Source: a virus (Duplodnaviria; Caudoviricetes). From it: DNA of 61,779 nucleotides. A model generated the notes under the pieces. It had not been told where the DNA came from. It did no database searches and saw nothing but the letters and a program-made list of their open reading frames with translations. Below, piece by piece: positions 28,151 through 42,599 of this stretch. The first letter of the stretch is position 1, and each line of letters opens with the position of its first letter. The translations under genes and the position numbers were made by a program. Location of the stretch: IMG/VR virus record IMGVR_UViG_3300048625_000096, positions 1 through 61,779 of that record, one strand, 5' to 3'.

Positions 28151-28765
28151 TTACTCTCCGTAAAGGTCAGAGCCATAGCCACCGTAGCCATAGCCGATTG
28201 TTCTAGGCTCTGTCTTAGCTACAGCAGCATAGTTGGTGAATTGTGGGTCGTTAACAAGCTCATCAGGGTTCACCTGGTTGCAGTCAACAGTTACTACAGC
28301 CCAGCGGTTTGCGAAAGAACCACGAGGCAATAGACGAGTAGGAACAAACACTTCACCACGGTAAATAATGCGGTCTTTAATGTGGTTGTTTGAATCGGTA
28401 ATAAGACTAGGCAGCATACGTTGGACATCTCCGACGTTTAATACTAGGCGCAAAGTATCGGTTACATAGAAACCGCGTTCATTCATAATGTTAGTACCAC
28501 GAATAAACTGAGCCATAACTACAGGCATCTTAAATGGAAGCATCCATCTACGACCTCCACCAGCTACGGAGCTAGATACGTCATAGATGTCATCTACGAT
28601 TGTGTTGTAGTTGTCGTCTAGGTAGTATTCTTGCCAACGCATCCAGTCAACTTCAACACCAACAGTACCGCCAAGGTCCTCTGCAATGCCTTCATACATA
28701 GACTTACTTTCGTAGTCCATATTGAAGCGGCTGTTTACATCAGCACCTTCGTTACCACCGCGCAT
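28151..28765 (-). CDS. head closure/neck protein (putative)
   Basis: 204-aa ORF with GAAAGG RBS; C-terminal YG repeats; synteny. Confidence 0.55.
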   Translation of the reverse strand: MRGGNEGADVNSRFNMDYESKSMYEGIAEDLGGTVGVEVDWMRWQEYYLDDNYNTIVDDIYDVSSSVAGGGRRWMLPFKMPVVMAQFIRGTNIMNERGFYVTDTLRLVLNVGDVQRMLPSLITDSNNHIKDRIIYRGEVFVPTRLLPRGSFANRWAVVTVDCNQVNPDELVNDPQFTNYAAVAKTEPRTIGYGYGGYGSDLYGE

Positions 28766-28785
28766 TTAAAGCCTTTCCTAGACTT

Positions 28786-29832
28786 CTATTTTGACTGATA
28801 GTGGGCTAGGTTTGTCGTTAAACGTTCATTGGTAGGGTCTAGCTCTAAAGCTTTTTCTCCGTACTGAATAGCTTCTTCAACAAAACCTAGGTTCCATGCG
28901 CTAATAGCCGCGAGGTCATACGGAAGCTCATTCCATGCAAATTCTTCGCAGAGATAGTCGAGAGGCTTCTCTTCAATCTTGATTGCATCTAGCGCAGTCC
29001 AATAACAGTTCTGGAAGTCTTCTCTATTGTAGAAATACTGTGCTAACTCAACCACAGGCTCACGACGACCAGGAGCTTCTTTAATCGCCTTCTCTAGCCA
29101 TTCCCGTGCATTCTCAGGCTCACACTTGGCGATGTAGCGCATAGAGGCTGCACGTTCTGGTGGCCATACTGCCTTAGGTAGAGACAAGTGTCGCTTTAAT
29201 TCAGCAGATGCTTCTGCGTATCTTTGATAGAAGAAATACTCACGGCCTAGGTAGAACGCATTGCGGTCATCCATAGGGTCTTCTTTAGTAGAAAGCTCCA
29301 GTAGAGGAAAGTACTGTCCACGACTCTTTGTATTGTCGGGATGGTGATGGATTTCTAAACCAATAGTTTCTTGCGTCTCTACAATACGGTCAGTAGTAAT
29401 CACTTCGTGTACAGGGTGCTTCCATCGATAACCGTGACGTGCATGAATCTTATCTCCGTTGTATTGTAGCCCAGGGATGCCTTTTTCTTCGTCTACCCAA
29501 GACCATGTGTATTTATATCTCGGTCTAGTAGTCGTGGCTTTTTCAAGTTCTTTACGCCAACCAGGTTGGAGAACTTCGTCCATATCCAGCGCAATACAAT
29601 ACTCAACATCATCTGGGAGAAGAGCAAGAGAAGCATTACGTGCATCATCAAAACGCCAAGGTGCGATAGATACCGAGTGGACAGTAATGCCCAGCTCACG
29701 TGCCTTAGCCACAGTATCATCAGTACTTCCAGTATCTGCAATAAGAAGGTAATCCGCTTCTTTGGCAGATTCGTACCAGGATTGAACGAACTGGCTTTCG
29801 TTTTTAGCAATCGTGTAAATAGCGATTTTCAT
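28786..29832 (-). CDS. family 2 glycosyltransferase with TPR-like repeats
   Basis: IAKNE, DTGSTD, FDDARN, LDMDE, HPVHE, helical C-terminal repeats; start ATG 29832 with GGAG RBS. Confidence 0.93.
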   Translation of the reverse strand: MKIAIYTIAKNESQFVQSWYESAKEADYLLIADTGSTDDTVAKARELGITVHSVSIAPWRFDDARNASLALLPDDVEYCIALDMDEVLQPGWRKELEKATTTRPRYKYTWSWVDEEKGIPGLQYNGDKIHARHGYRWKHPVHEVITTDRIVETQETIGLEIHHHPDNTKSRGQYFPLLELSTKEDPMDDRNAFYLGREYFFYQRYAEASAELKRHLSLPKAVWPPERAASMRYIAKCEPENAREWLEKAIKEAPGRREPVVELAQYFYNREDFQNCYWTALDAIKIEEKPLDYLCEEFAWNELPYDLAAISAWNLGFVEEAIQYGEKALELDPTNERLTTNLAHYQSK

Positions 29833-29899
29833 ATCTGCTCCAAATAGTAAAGGCCCCACCAATAATGATAGGGCCTTTACGTATACCTTGTCGGGTAAG

Positions 29900-30178
29900 T
29901 TACTCTGAAGGTGTTTCCTCAATAGGAACTTCTTCTAGAGCCACAACACGAGGCTTAGTCGGTTCCTCTGGCCCATCTCCAGCAAGTAATTCAGACTCTG
30001 GGTCTACTAGCGCAGTAATGAACGCTTCTGCCCATGCAGACGCTTCGGCCTTACTCTGCCATTCAGTTCCATTAGGCCATGTGGGTTGTAGAAGAATCGG
30101 TGCATCTACCGATGAGTCAACATAGTCCGTCCAGATTTTAACTGCCTTAGAGGAGTCCACTTTGTAAATAAATCCCAT
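29900..30178 (-). CDS. hypothetical protein (possible fibre chaperone)
   Basis: 92 aa, AAGGAG RBS, follows beta-propeller gene. Confidence 0.65.
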   Translation of the reverse strand: MGFIYKVDSSKAVKIWTDYVDSSVDAPILLQPTWPNGTEWQSKAEASAWAEAFITALVDPESELLAGDGPEEPTKPRVVALEEVPIEETPSE

Positions 30179-30199
30179 AATTCTTACTCCTTCTTACTT

Positions 30200-32224
30200 T
30201 TAAATACTAGAAATCGGTTTAAATACTATCGCTTTAGTAGGGGTAGTATCTTTCATGTAGTACGTTCCTTGACTAAGGTATCCACCAATAACTACTTTGT
30301 CAGGACCTTCTACCATTGCTGATGGATACGTTTGGGCAGTATGTCCTGACACTGTTGTGGCAAGAGTCGTCCATGTAATACCATCTGCTGATGTGGCTAG
30401 TGAACCACCACTGGATGCCACAAAAAACTTACCATTAATAAACCTTACTTTAGTAAGCGTACTGCTTCCAAATATGTTCGGATTATTAGTAGTTGTAGTA
30501 GCCCTTCCAGAAGCAACATTCCAAACAGTTCCATCTGCAGAGGTCAGGACTACGCCGCCATCACCAACAGCTACAAATGTACCATTCCCAAAAGCTACTG
30601 AGTTGATAGCTACGTTAGTAGTAATCTGTCTGCCGCTATTCCATACTACCAAGTCCTTACTGGTAGCCATTTGGGCTGATGTACCAACTACTACGTAAGT
30701 ACCGTTACCGTAGGCCATGTCTTTCGCTATAACTGTGGAGGAAAATCCTGTAGGCGCACCTTTAGAAGCCCAGTTAAGACCGTTAATAGATGTGTAAAGG
30801 TCACCCACACTCGAAATTAGAATGTATTTTCCGTTTAAATAGTAGACTCTGTGTCCCGACGTATCGGTAGCAGAAACGGTAACAAAGGACCAAGTAACTG
30901 CATCTGTAGAGTAGTACATACTGCTTCTAGTGAAAAGTATAAACTTACCATTACCAAAAGCAATATCGCCTGTAGTGGATGTAGAGGTCCAAGGAGTAGC
31001 TCTGTGAGTCCAGGTTATGCCATCACTAGAGGTAGAAAGGTCACCGTTATCTGAGACGGCTGCATATACACCGTTACCATACGCTAATCCTAAAATTTTA
31101 GAACTGTATTTTACGTTAAATCCTGTAGGAGAAGACATGGTTCTAGCTAGATGAGAAGCACCGATATTTAAGCGTTTTAGGTAGTATACTCCCGCAGCTT
31201 CAGCTACCTGTGAAGTAATCGTTCCATCACCCGCACTCATGGTTACTCCGTCATTCCAACTAACGCCATCAGTAGTGGCAAACCCGTAGTTATTGCTAGC
31301 TTGTGCAATTAGGGTATTTCCTACTTTAATAAGAGAGGAGATAGTAGTAGAGGTAAATGCGTTATTAACTGAAGTCCAAGTAACTGCATCTGTAGAGTAG
31401 TAAGTAGTGCTAGTAGTACTAGAGAGCACAGAAACAAACTTCCCACCAGCCTCACCAAGTAAGTAGCTACTGCTACCCTGTGCGGAAGACCTCGCTGTCC
31501 AGTTTACTCCATCTGTTGAAGTATTGTATGAGGCTGTTGACCCTTGAGTAATCCAAGTACCATTAAGGTAGTATAATGTTCCTCCTGAAGCAACGTTTGT
31601 TGTAGCTCCTGAAGCTAGTGTTGTCCAGGTTACCCCATCTGTTGAAGTGAGGTAAACTGGAGTAGTAGTTGCGTACTTATACGCTATCCAACGAGTTCCT
31701 CCGAAAACAATTTGTCCTCCAGAAAAAGATGTATACCCAGTAAGGTCAGCTGTCAAACTCCAAGTAACTGCATCTGTAGAGGTATATAGACCGCTAACTC
31801 CACCTACAATACCCGCTACAACAAACTTTCCAGCACCATATGCTGCGGCGTACATGGCTGTAAACGCATTAGTAATGGTTACCCAATTGTCGCCATCAGT
31901 AGAACTAGAAGTTTGGCCTGTGGTAAAAGCGTATACCGTATTTCTATCAGAAATCAACTGTGTTATAGTATGTCCTGGACCATCAATTGGTTCAATACCG
32001 ATTGGCTGAGGATAGGATAAAAGCTCAGAGTTAGACGTTACGGTCACAGCTCCCGAGCTCACTACCACTGAGCCATTAGTAACAGACTTATTATTTACTT
32101 TTACACCGACACCGTTTGAAGATACTTCATAGGCACCTACTGGAAGAGTTAGTGACGTATTGGCCGCACCAGTCCAAGTATAGCTTTTTGCAGAACCAAA
32201 TCCGCCAATAGTCTGAATACCCAT
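30200..32224 (-). CDS. beta-propeller repeat protein (putative receptor-binding fibre tip)
   Basis: Many S.DG.TW and AYGNG.YV.VG repeats. Confidence 0.8.
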   Translation of the reverse strand: MGIQTIGGFGSAKSYTWTGAANTSLTLPVGAYEVSSNGVGVKVNNKSVTNGSVVVSSGAVTVTSNSELLSYPQPIGIEPIDGPGHTITQLISDRNTVYAFTTGQTSSSTDGDNWVTITNAFTAMYAAAYGAGKFVVAGIVGGVSGLYTSTDAVTWSLTADLTGYTSFSGGQIVFGGTRWIAYKYATTTPVYLTSTDGVTWTTLASGATTNVASGGTLYYLNGTWITQGSTASYNTSTDGVNWTARSSAQGSSSYLLGEAGGKFVSVLSSTTSTTYYSTDAVTWTSVNNAFTSTTISSLIKVGNTLIAQASNNYGFATTDGVSWNDGVTMSAGDGTITSQVAEAAGVYYLKRLNIGASHLARTMSSPTGFNVKYSSKILGLAYGNGVYAAVSDNGDLSTSSDGITWTHRATPWTSTSTTGDIAFGNGKFILFTRSSMYYSTDAVTWSFVTVSATDTSGHRVYYLNGKYILISSVGDLYTSINGLNWASKGAPTGFSSTVIAKDMAYGNGTYVVVGTSAQMATSKDLVVWNSGRQITTNVAINSVAFGNGTFVAVGDGGVVLTSADGTVWNVASGRATTTTNNPNIFGSSTLTKVRFINGKFFVASSGGSLATSADGITWTTLATTVSGHTAQTYPSAMVEGPDKVVIGGYLSQGTYYMKDTTPTKAIVFKPISSI

Positions 32225-32556
32225 TATGCAATCTCGCTTCCGAATGCCTGAAAGGTTAGTGCGTTAGCAGTACCAGTGCGTACTGTAATAACATCAGTAG
32301 CCGCTAGTGTTAGGCCCAAAGTAAGTGCAGTAGTAGAGTTAGCTGCAATAGAAGTGTCATAAACTAGGGCGTTGCTAGCAGCTGCAGTAGCACCAGCAAC
32401 ACGGATAAATACACGTGCAGTGGCTGCAGTAGCAGTTACGTTAGAGATAGAAAGTGTAGACACTACAGCTGACTTACCAGAACCAACTGTGTATAAATCA
32501 GCGTTAGTAGTACCAGTAGGGGCTGATTGGCCCAAAATCTTATATGTTGTTGCCAT
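32224..32556 (-). CDS. small virion structural protein
   Basis: 110-aa Ala/Thr-rich ORF with AAGGA RBS, coupled to propeller gene. Confidence 0.75.
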   Translation of the reverse strand: MATTYKILGQSAPTGTTNADLYTVGSGKSAVVSTLSISNVTATAATARVFIRVAGATAAASNALVYDTSIAANSTTALTLGLTLAATDVITVRTGTANALTFQAFGSEIA

Positions 32557-32618
32557 TATTTTCCTTTATGTCGTAGGAAAGTAGTTATATAAATAACTAT
32601 TCTCCACTAGTTTACTAA

Positions 32619-32762
32619 CTAAGCCCCCATTAAGAGGAATGAACTCAAGGGTTCTTCGTAAGGAAGGACCGCATCCCACACAGTACCTGTCCATACCCAG
32701 GAGTTTGAGCCTGAAGTATAGACCTGACCTACTGTAGGGCTGCTAGGGAAGGTCATTGCCAT
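32619..32762 (-). CDS. 47-aa fibre adaptor micro-protein
   Basis: MAMTFPSSPTVGQVYTSGSNSWVWTGTVWDAVLPYEEPLSSFLLMGA; both ends match other fibre proteins in this window. Confidence 0.8.
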   Translation of the reverse strand: MAMTFPSSPTVGQVYTSGSNSWVWTGTVWDAVLPYEEPLSSFLLMGA

Positions 32763-32770
32763 TTGTAGGC

Positions 32771-33844
32771 CTACTTACCTTCTAGAGCGGCTACTCGTGC
32801 AGTTAGGGCTGCAATCTGAGCCGCTTGTTCACGAGCCACAGCTTGAAGAGCAACAACGTACATTGTGTAGTGAACACCTTGCACATCTCCTTCTTCTGTG
32901 TAGTCTACAAAGTCTGTTAGACCAGCATCGTGCAAGTCTTCTGCAATGAAACCAGCCTCAACAGGAGCTGCTTCTCCATCGCGCTCTACAGCGGCAATGT
33001 ATCGGAAGTGCTTAGGCTCAATCGATAGTACCGCTTCTGTGTCGATAACGGCTTTAACAATGTCCTGCTTCTTGGTACGAGATGATGACGCCCAACCAAG
33101 CTGACCTGCAGATGAAATCCACATAGCGTGTCTAGTTGTGGTGATGTCGTTTCCATAAGCACCAGGAACGTACACATAGCTAGAAGTATCGCTAATGGTT
33201 ACGTTTCCACCCTGAGTGTTAAGGATGAGGCTAGCAGCAGCACCGTTATCAACTGCCATAATTTCACCGTTGTCCATACGGAGGTTAGCTCCAGTAGAAG
33301 GGCCAATCTGAAAACCGTGGGCAGTACTTGAAAGGCTAACGTCATTAGTGGCTGAGGCGCGTACCGTAGTAGTAGTCACATTGTTAGCGTCAATGTTTCC
33401 CGCACCAGCTGTGCCATCGGCATAAAAAGTGTACATGTTAGTAGAGTCAGTAAAGTCTACTTTGTCATTTGCGCCAAAGAAAGCCTGAGAAGTACCGAAT
33501 GTTACGTCTCCAGTAAATGTGGCACCAGCCAAAGGAGCGTAGCCAGACACGTCAACTGCAGGACCAGTTGGGCCAGTAGCTCCTTGAGGGCCAGTCGGGC
33601 CTGTAACAGAAGGGCCCGTAGGACCAGTAGGACCAGTCACGGTAGAAGCAGCACCAGTCGCACCAGTAGGTCCTGTTGGTCCAGTTGGTCCACCTTCTGG
33701 TCCAGTTGGGCCAGTAGGGCCTGTGGCACCAACTACGGTAGCAGTAGCATTAGCCTGCCATACAGTTCCAGTCCAAGTCCATGACTTGCCACTATACGTG
33801 TATACATCGTTTACTGTTGGTGAGGTTGGAAAGCTCAGTGCCAT
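32771..33844 (-). CDS. collagen-like fibre with C-terminal intramolecular chaperone (peptidase S74-like)
   Basis: GPT repeats; SSRTKKQDI...GFIAEDL...coiled coil. Confidence 0.85.
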   Translation of the reverse strand: MALSFPTSPTVNDVYTYSGKSWTWTGTVWQANATATVVGATGPTGPTGPEGGPTGPTGPTGATGAASTVTGPTGPTGPSVTGPTGPQGATGPTGPAVDVSGYAPLAGATFTGDVTFGTSQAFFGANDKVDFTDSTNMYTFYADGTAGAGNIDANNVTTTTVRASATNDVSLSSTAHGFQIGPSTGANLRMDNGEIMAVDNGAAASLILNTQGGNVTISDTSSYVYVPGAYGNDITTTRHAMWISSAGQLGWASSSRTKKQDIVKAVIDTEAVLSIEPKHFRYIAAVERDGEAAPVEAGFIAEDLHDAGLTDFVDYTEEGDVQGVHYTMYVVALQAVAREQAAQIAALTARVAALEGK

Positions 33845-33899
33845 TAAAAACTCCTTAAGTCTTTTACTAGTTTACCTACTTAGTAAACTACGTAGTTAG

Positions 33900-38053
<4,154 letters not shown>

Positions 38054-38054
<1 letters not shown>

Positions 38055-39112
38055 TAAAGGATTACCTCACTGGCCTTTTCAACGAAGAAGTCTCCACCTA
38101 CAATCTCAATTACTTCACCAGTAGTGTCATCTACACTATTAATCTGCCAGTGTGTACGGCGAGCCAAGCGTAGAGTCTGGTCTACAGTTAGAGAAATGGT
38201 TGCAACAAAAGTAGTGTCATCAGTAGTAGTTACAGACAGCTCGAAGTTTTGAAGCACCTGAACGCTACCACGTTGGGCTAGAAGACGTGCAGTGAATGAT
38301 TTACCAGTGAAGTCACCAGAGAAGGTAACCTGACCAGTGTAAGCGAAAGTCTGGTACGCAGTAAGGTCTGGTCCAGCAGTAGGCCACTCAGCAGGCTTGT
38401 CTCCGTAAGTAGGAGTCCCAATGTGTACTCGCTGTGGCCATGAACGGTCATCAACTTCTTGAGGCTTGTACTCAGGTACGTAGCGGTTAGTGGTCTTAGA
38501 AATGCGACGTAGTGAGAATACGTCAATGGTGTATAGACCAATACCAAGCATAGAACAAAGCTCACGGTACTGGTCTTTACGAGTCTGTACCATCTCCATA
38601 AGCTGGCGGTAACGCTGAGCTCGTGGGATAGACACACCATCTGGGGCCTGAATATCAATGTCGAAAGAGGCGTCTGTAGCAAGAGTGTACAGAGCCAAAG
38701 TAGTAGCGTGAACAGCTACAGGATATTCCTCCACCATAGGAAGGCTAGCCGCAGTAATTGTACGCCCTAAAGTATCAGTGTGGTTTGCGCTGTGCTGAGC
38801 AATAGCGTTCTCCACAATCTGAGTAAGCTCTGCACCAGTGAAATAGCGGTAGTACATACCACTAACAGTCATCTCGTCACCATCAGCTGGAATAGCGTCA
38901 GTAACTAGAACACCAGTAGATTCCTCAACAGAAGAGGTAGAAGTAACGTCAATACCGTTCACAGTCACTACAACAGTAGTGGCGTCAAGAGGTGAGTAGT
39001 GGAGCTTAAAACGGTTTGTGCTTCCATCAGCTACAAATTGGGTAACGAAAGATTTGCCTACGTCACCGAGCTCTACACGGACTCTATCAACAAGGCTTGA
39101 GATGGTCGCCAC
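38054..39112 (-). CDS. head-tail connector/neck protein (putative)
   Basis: VRVELGD motif; position downstream of capsid genes. Confidence 0.6.
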
Positions 39113-39172
39113 GAATCCTCCAAAAGATTTAGATACATTTATGTTCTCTTACTTTGCGCCTAAAAACAGCAT

Positions 39173-39221
39173 AAAAAAGTCCGCCCTGCTGGTGAGGAGG
39201 GCGGGTACCAGCAGGACGGAC
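39173..39221 (-). terminator. intrinsic terminator
   Basis: GTCCGTCCTGCTGGT...ACCAGCAGGGCGGAC followed by TTTTTT. Confidence 0.85.
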
Positions 39222-39236
39222 AGATTGTGGTCTGGA

Positions 39237-39605
39237 CTAGTTAATCCAGATGTAACCTAGGCGCTCTAGATAAGCAGCTAGGTGGCGAGGTACTGAGTAC
39301 TTCACACCCTGCTTGAAGTTGTAGGTATTGCCTACACCATAAGTCATATCTTCGATGTCGCTGTTGGTACGGATAATGACCATGTCATTGTTGACAGAAA
39401 CGCCTACAGTCTCAATCTCATCAATCAAGATTGGCTTGTCTGGGGTCTTTGGGTCAAATACGTCTCGAGCTAGGCTGTCAGCCTCTGCTGCACGAGAGAT
39501 AGAAATCTCATCTTTACGCTTAGCAAGTTCTGCTGCGTTACGCTTGGCTGCATCTTCTGCAGCGCGTCCTGTTGCGTCCATTGGACTGGTTGGTTTATTT
39601 GCCAC
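39237..39605 (-). CDS. hypothetical head-associated protein
   Basis: 122 aa, AGGAG RBS. Confidence 0.7.
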   Translation of the reverse strand: MANKPTSPMDATGRAAEDAAKRNAAELAKRKDEISISRAAEADSLARDVFDPKTPDKPILIDEIETVGVSVNNDMVIIRTNSDIEDMTYGVGNTYNFKQGVKYSVPRHLAAYLERLGYIWIN

Positions 39606-39692
39606 GGTGTTTTTCTCCTAGTTATTTGTTTTTTTGTTTGTGTTGGAAGCAAACGTTTAGCTCCCAACAAGTGTTACAGATATAAGTGTTTC

Positions 39693-40430
39693 TTATTCTG
39701 CGGGTGTTGTCTCACTAAACTTTTCAAGATAAGCGATTGCATTTTGTAAGATTTCTATGTTGTCCTTGAACTGTCCAAGTCCAGTGTTACAGTGATGACA
39801 AAGAAGTCCGCGAACTTTACCTGTTTCATGGTCATGGTCCACCCTGGGGGTTTCAATAAATCCCTGTTCACAGATAGCGCAAGTACCCCTTTGGTCTAAA
39901 AGCATACTCTCTACATCTGATTCTTCAAGCCCGTATGCACTCCTCAACCCGCGTAGTTTGCTGCATTGCTTACACTGACGAAAGTTAGGGTAGTGGTAGG
40001 TATTATCCTCCGTAAATTCATGGCCTCGTTTGCAGTGGGTCTGCGAGTATTCTTTTCGCTGTTGCTTCTCCGCTTTAATGGCGTTGCGCTCTTCTAAAGA
40101 TAACCAGCGCTTACGGTCAGGATTAGTTCTATTTCTGTAGGCCTCTGTACGTTCTCTTTGACACGCTTTACATACCTGGATACCGTCTGCACGAGTACGT
40201 CCAAACTCAGCGTAGGCGTGACCATTCCTACAATGAGTTCGTAAAGCACGTACCTTAGGTTCATCAGACCTACCAGGATTATCTATGTTGTGACGTGACC
40301 GCCATTTAGTAGGGTCTGGTTTGGGACCAGGCTTGCGTAGACCTCTGGATTTACGTTGCTCTTGACGGTAATGGTTTTGGCACAATCCTTTTGAGTGTAC
40401 TGCACTTTCGCAATTTTCAATACTACACAT
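39693..40430 (-). CDS. free-standing endonuclease VII-type HNH (homing) endonuclease
   Basis: CAIC...VDHDHETGKVRGLLCHHCNTGLG.F.DN; THC.NGH/THCKRGH repeats. Confidence 0.92.
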   Translation of the reverse strand: MCSIENCESAVHSKGLCQNHYRQEQRKSRGLRKPGPKPDPTKWRSRHNIDNPGRSDEPKVRALRTHCRNGHAYAEFGRTRADGIQVCKACQRERTEAYRNRTNPDRKRWLSLEERNAIKAEKQQRKEYSQTHCKRGHEFTEDNTYHYPNFRQCKQCSKLRGLRSAYGLEESDVESMLLDQRGTCAICEQGFIETPRVDHDHETGKVRGLLCHHCNTGLGQFKDNIEILQNAIAYLEKFSETTPAE

Positions 40431-40463
40431 AGAAAAACTCCCAGTTAATGATTTAGTATTTCT

Positions 40464-40491
40464 ACTATACCACTAACTGGGAGTTAGTCAA
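40464..40491 (-). promoter_or_regulatory. sigmaA-like promoter for the HNH gene, inside an RBS-sequestering hairpin
   Basis: TTGACT-16-TATAGT with extended TG; inverted repeat 40436-40450/40471-40485. Confidence 0.7.
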
Positions 40492-40520
40492 ACGTTACTC
40501 ATAAAGAGTAACAAATAGGG

Positions 40521-41639
40521 TCAGTTGGTGTAGACTTTCACGATTGCCTGGTCAGTGATGATGCCTAGACCCCAGATAGCATACCATGCAAGAGCGTGCT
40601 CACGACCGAAGTCTAGAACACCACCATCGCGTAGCTCAACTGGAAGCGAGATAGCGTGACCGAATGCGTTGTCACCAATCATGATTGACTCGTAAACATC
40701 AGCAGTGAAACCAGTACCTGAAGTAGCAGAAGCTGACAGGTTCTCTGGGTTACCGCCTAGACCAGGACCAGTGTTAGCCTTTACAGGAACTTCGGTCTGG
40801 GTTGCAGGTGCGCCAACAAGTGAGCTGTAGTTTACAGTCGAGTTAGCAGCAAGTAGGTTAACCTGAGTGGTCTCGATGAATACTACGTCGTATAGACGAC
40901 CGATTTCACCTAGCATGAAGTTACCAGGAGCAGCGTACTTGGTTACTTCGATGAACTCTGGGTTCGAGCGAAGGTCACGAGACTGCTTCGGGTGGATGAA
41001 CTGTACGTAGGTCTCACCAATACGAGGGATGTTCTTTGACGCCAAGGTCAGAGCAGCATCCTTGATTGAACCAGTGGTCAGCTTGAAGTTACCGTCTAGG
41101 TCTGAAAGCTGAGTACCAGCGGTACCCTCGTGGTAGGTGTTGTAGGTGGTTGCAGATGTCAAGCCTGAACGGTCGTAACCATAAACAGCTGAAGTAGCAG
41201 CTGAAAGGGTGTTACGAGCCTGTACGTCTAGGTACTGTGCCATGTGGCGACCTAGAAGACGTGAAGCAGAAGCCATGATGTCATCGAATGAGGCGTTTAG
41301 CAATAGCTCTGAAACAGCTACAGCATAACCGTGCTCAGCAACGGTGATAGCAATCTGCTCTGCAGTCAGAGCGTTGGTGGTCATACGAACACCTTCGGTC
41401 AGTGGAGTTGCGTCCACTGCGAAGTTCTTGTAACGAAGGAAGTTCACACGAAGACCTGGTGCAACACCAAGTTCAGTCTTCTTAACAGCGAACTGCTCGA
41501 AACGTAGGATAGGCATGGCCTGGAAAAGGATTTCCTTTGACCAGATGGTCTGAATAGCCTGTGAAAGCTGGCTGTTAGAACCTGAGTAAGCGGTAGGGGC
41601 TCCAGCAAGCTGGCCCGAACCTGTAATAGCTGACGCCAT
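40521..41639 (-). CDS. major capsid protein (N4-gp56-like)
   Basis: LTEGV, GEIGRLYDVVFIET, DFGREHALAWY; GAAAGGAG RBS before ATG 41639. Confidence 0.92.
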   Translation of the reverse strand: MASAITGSGQLAGAPTAYSGSNSQLSQAIQTIWSKEILFQAMPILRFEQFAVKKTELGVAPGLRVNFLRYKNFAVDATPLTEGVRMTTNALTAEQIAITVAEHGYAVAVSELLLNASFDDIMASASRLLGRHMAQYLDVQARNTLSAATSAVYGYDRSGLTSATTYNTYHEGTAGTQLSDLDGNFKLTTGSIKDAALTLASKNIPRIGETYVQFIHPKQSRDLRSNPEFIEVTKYAAPGNFMLGEIGRLYDVVFIETTQVNLLAANSTVNYSSLVGAPATQTEVPVKANTGPGLGGNPENLSASATSGTGFTADVYESIMIGDNAFGHAISLPVELRDGGVLDFGREHALAWYAIWGLGIITDQAIVKVYTN

Positions 41640-41677
41640 TGAGGTTGCTCCTTTCAAGAGCGGTTAGGTTAGGTAGG

Positions 41678-42466
41678 TTAGTTACCGAACAATCCCTGTC
41701 CACCACGGTTAGTGCTGCCCAAAAGCTTTGAGCGATTTTTTGCATAATCTGCCAGAGACATGTTTGCGATGCTTTCTGGTGATAGATTAGCTTGCGCCGA
41801 GTCGTTATCGAGGGGTCCAGAAGCAGGAACAGTAATACGTGTTCCCACCATTTCCTTGCGAGTCTGCTGTGAGGCCTGAGCCACAGAATCGAAGATTCGG
41901 GTAGAACGTTCCTTTAGGCCAGCAATGCTAGCTTCAATTTCGTCCTTATCATTTCCAGAAATAAGGTCAACTAGTTCTGGGATGATGTTTGCGCGTTCTG
42001 CCTCTAGTCGCTGCTGGCGGTAAGCCGATAGCTCCTGGAAGTCACGTTCACGCTGTAGTAGAGCGAAAGCCTTTTCACGCTCAAGACGTTCTGCCTCAAG
42101 CTGAGAAGTGAACTCTTGCTCCTTCTTGCTTAGAAGCTCTTTGAAACCAAGTTCGGCTTCTTCCTGCTTCTTCTTTTCAGCAGCAGCTTCTGCTTCACGA
42201 GCCTGACGTGCTGCACGACGCTCAGCGTCCTTTGCTTCACGCTCAGATTCCTTCTGCTTCAGAATTGCAAGCTCTTCCTGTAGCTTCTCTACAGTGCCGT
42301 ATACCTTCGACTTCTCCTGTTGACGTGCCTTCGCAATGTCATCAGCAGTGTACTTTCCAGTAGCGGTGCTTGCGTCATCTGCGGCTGCGTTAAACGCATC
42401 CATAGAACCTGTTGCTAGTTCGGCTGCTTCTAGAGCAACCTCAGGGTTGGTGTCCTTGTTAGGCAT
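41678..42466 (-). CDS. scaffolding protein
   Basis: Coiled coil, C-terminal MSLADYAKNRSKLLG; between portal and capsid. Confidence 0.8.
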   Translation of the reverse strand: MPNKDTNPEVALEAAELATGSMDAFNAAADDASTATGKYTADDIAKARQQEKSKVYGTVEKLQEELAILKQKESEREAKDAERRAARQAREAEAAAEKKKQEEAELGFKELLSKKEQEFTSQLEAERLEREKAFALLQRERDFQELSAYRQQRLEAERANIIPELVDLISGNDKDEIEASIAGLKERSTRIFDSVAQASQQTRKEMVGTRITVPASGPLDNDSAQANLSPESIANMSLADYAKNRSKLLGSTNRGGQGLFGN

Positions 42467-42599
42467 AACCTATTCTCTTTTCATTCTCAGGGTCGTTTTC
42501 CGTATTAGTAGCACATGACCGTATCAGTATTTCGGAACTAGTTAATTACATAAATAACTAACAATGTTCCTTAACTCAATGATTACATTGAATTTTTTA

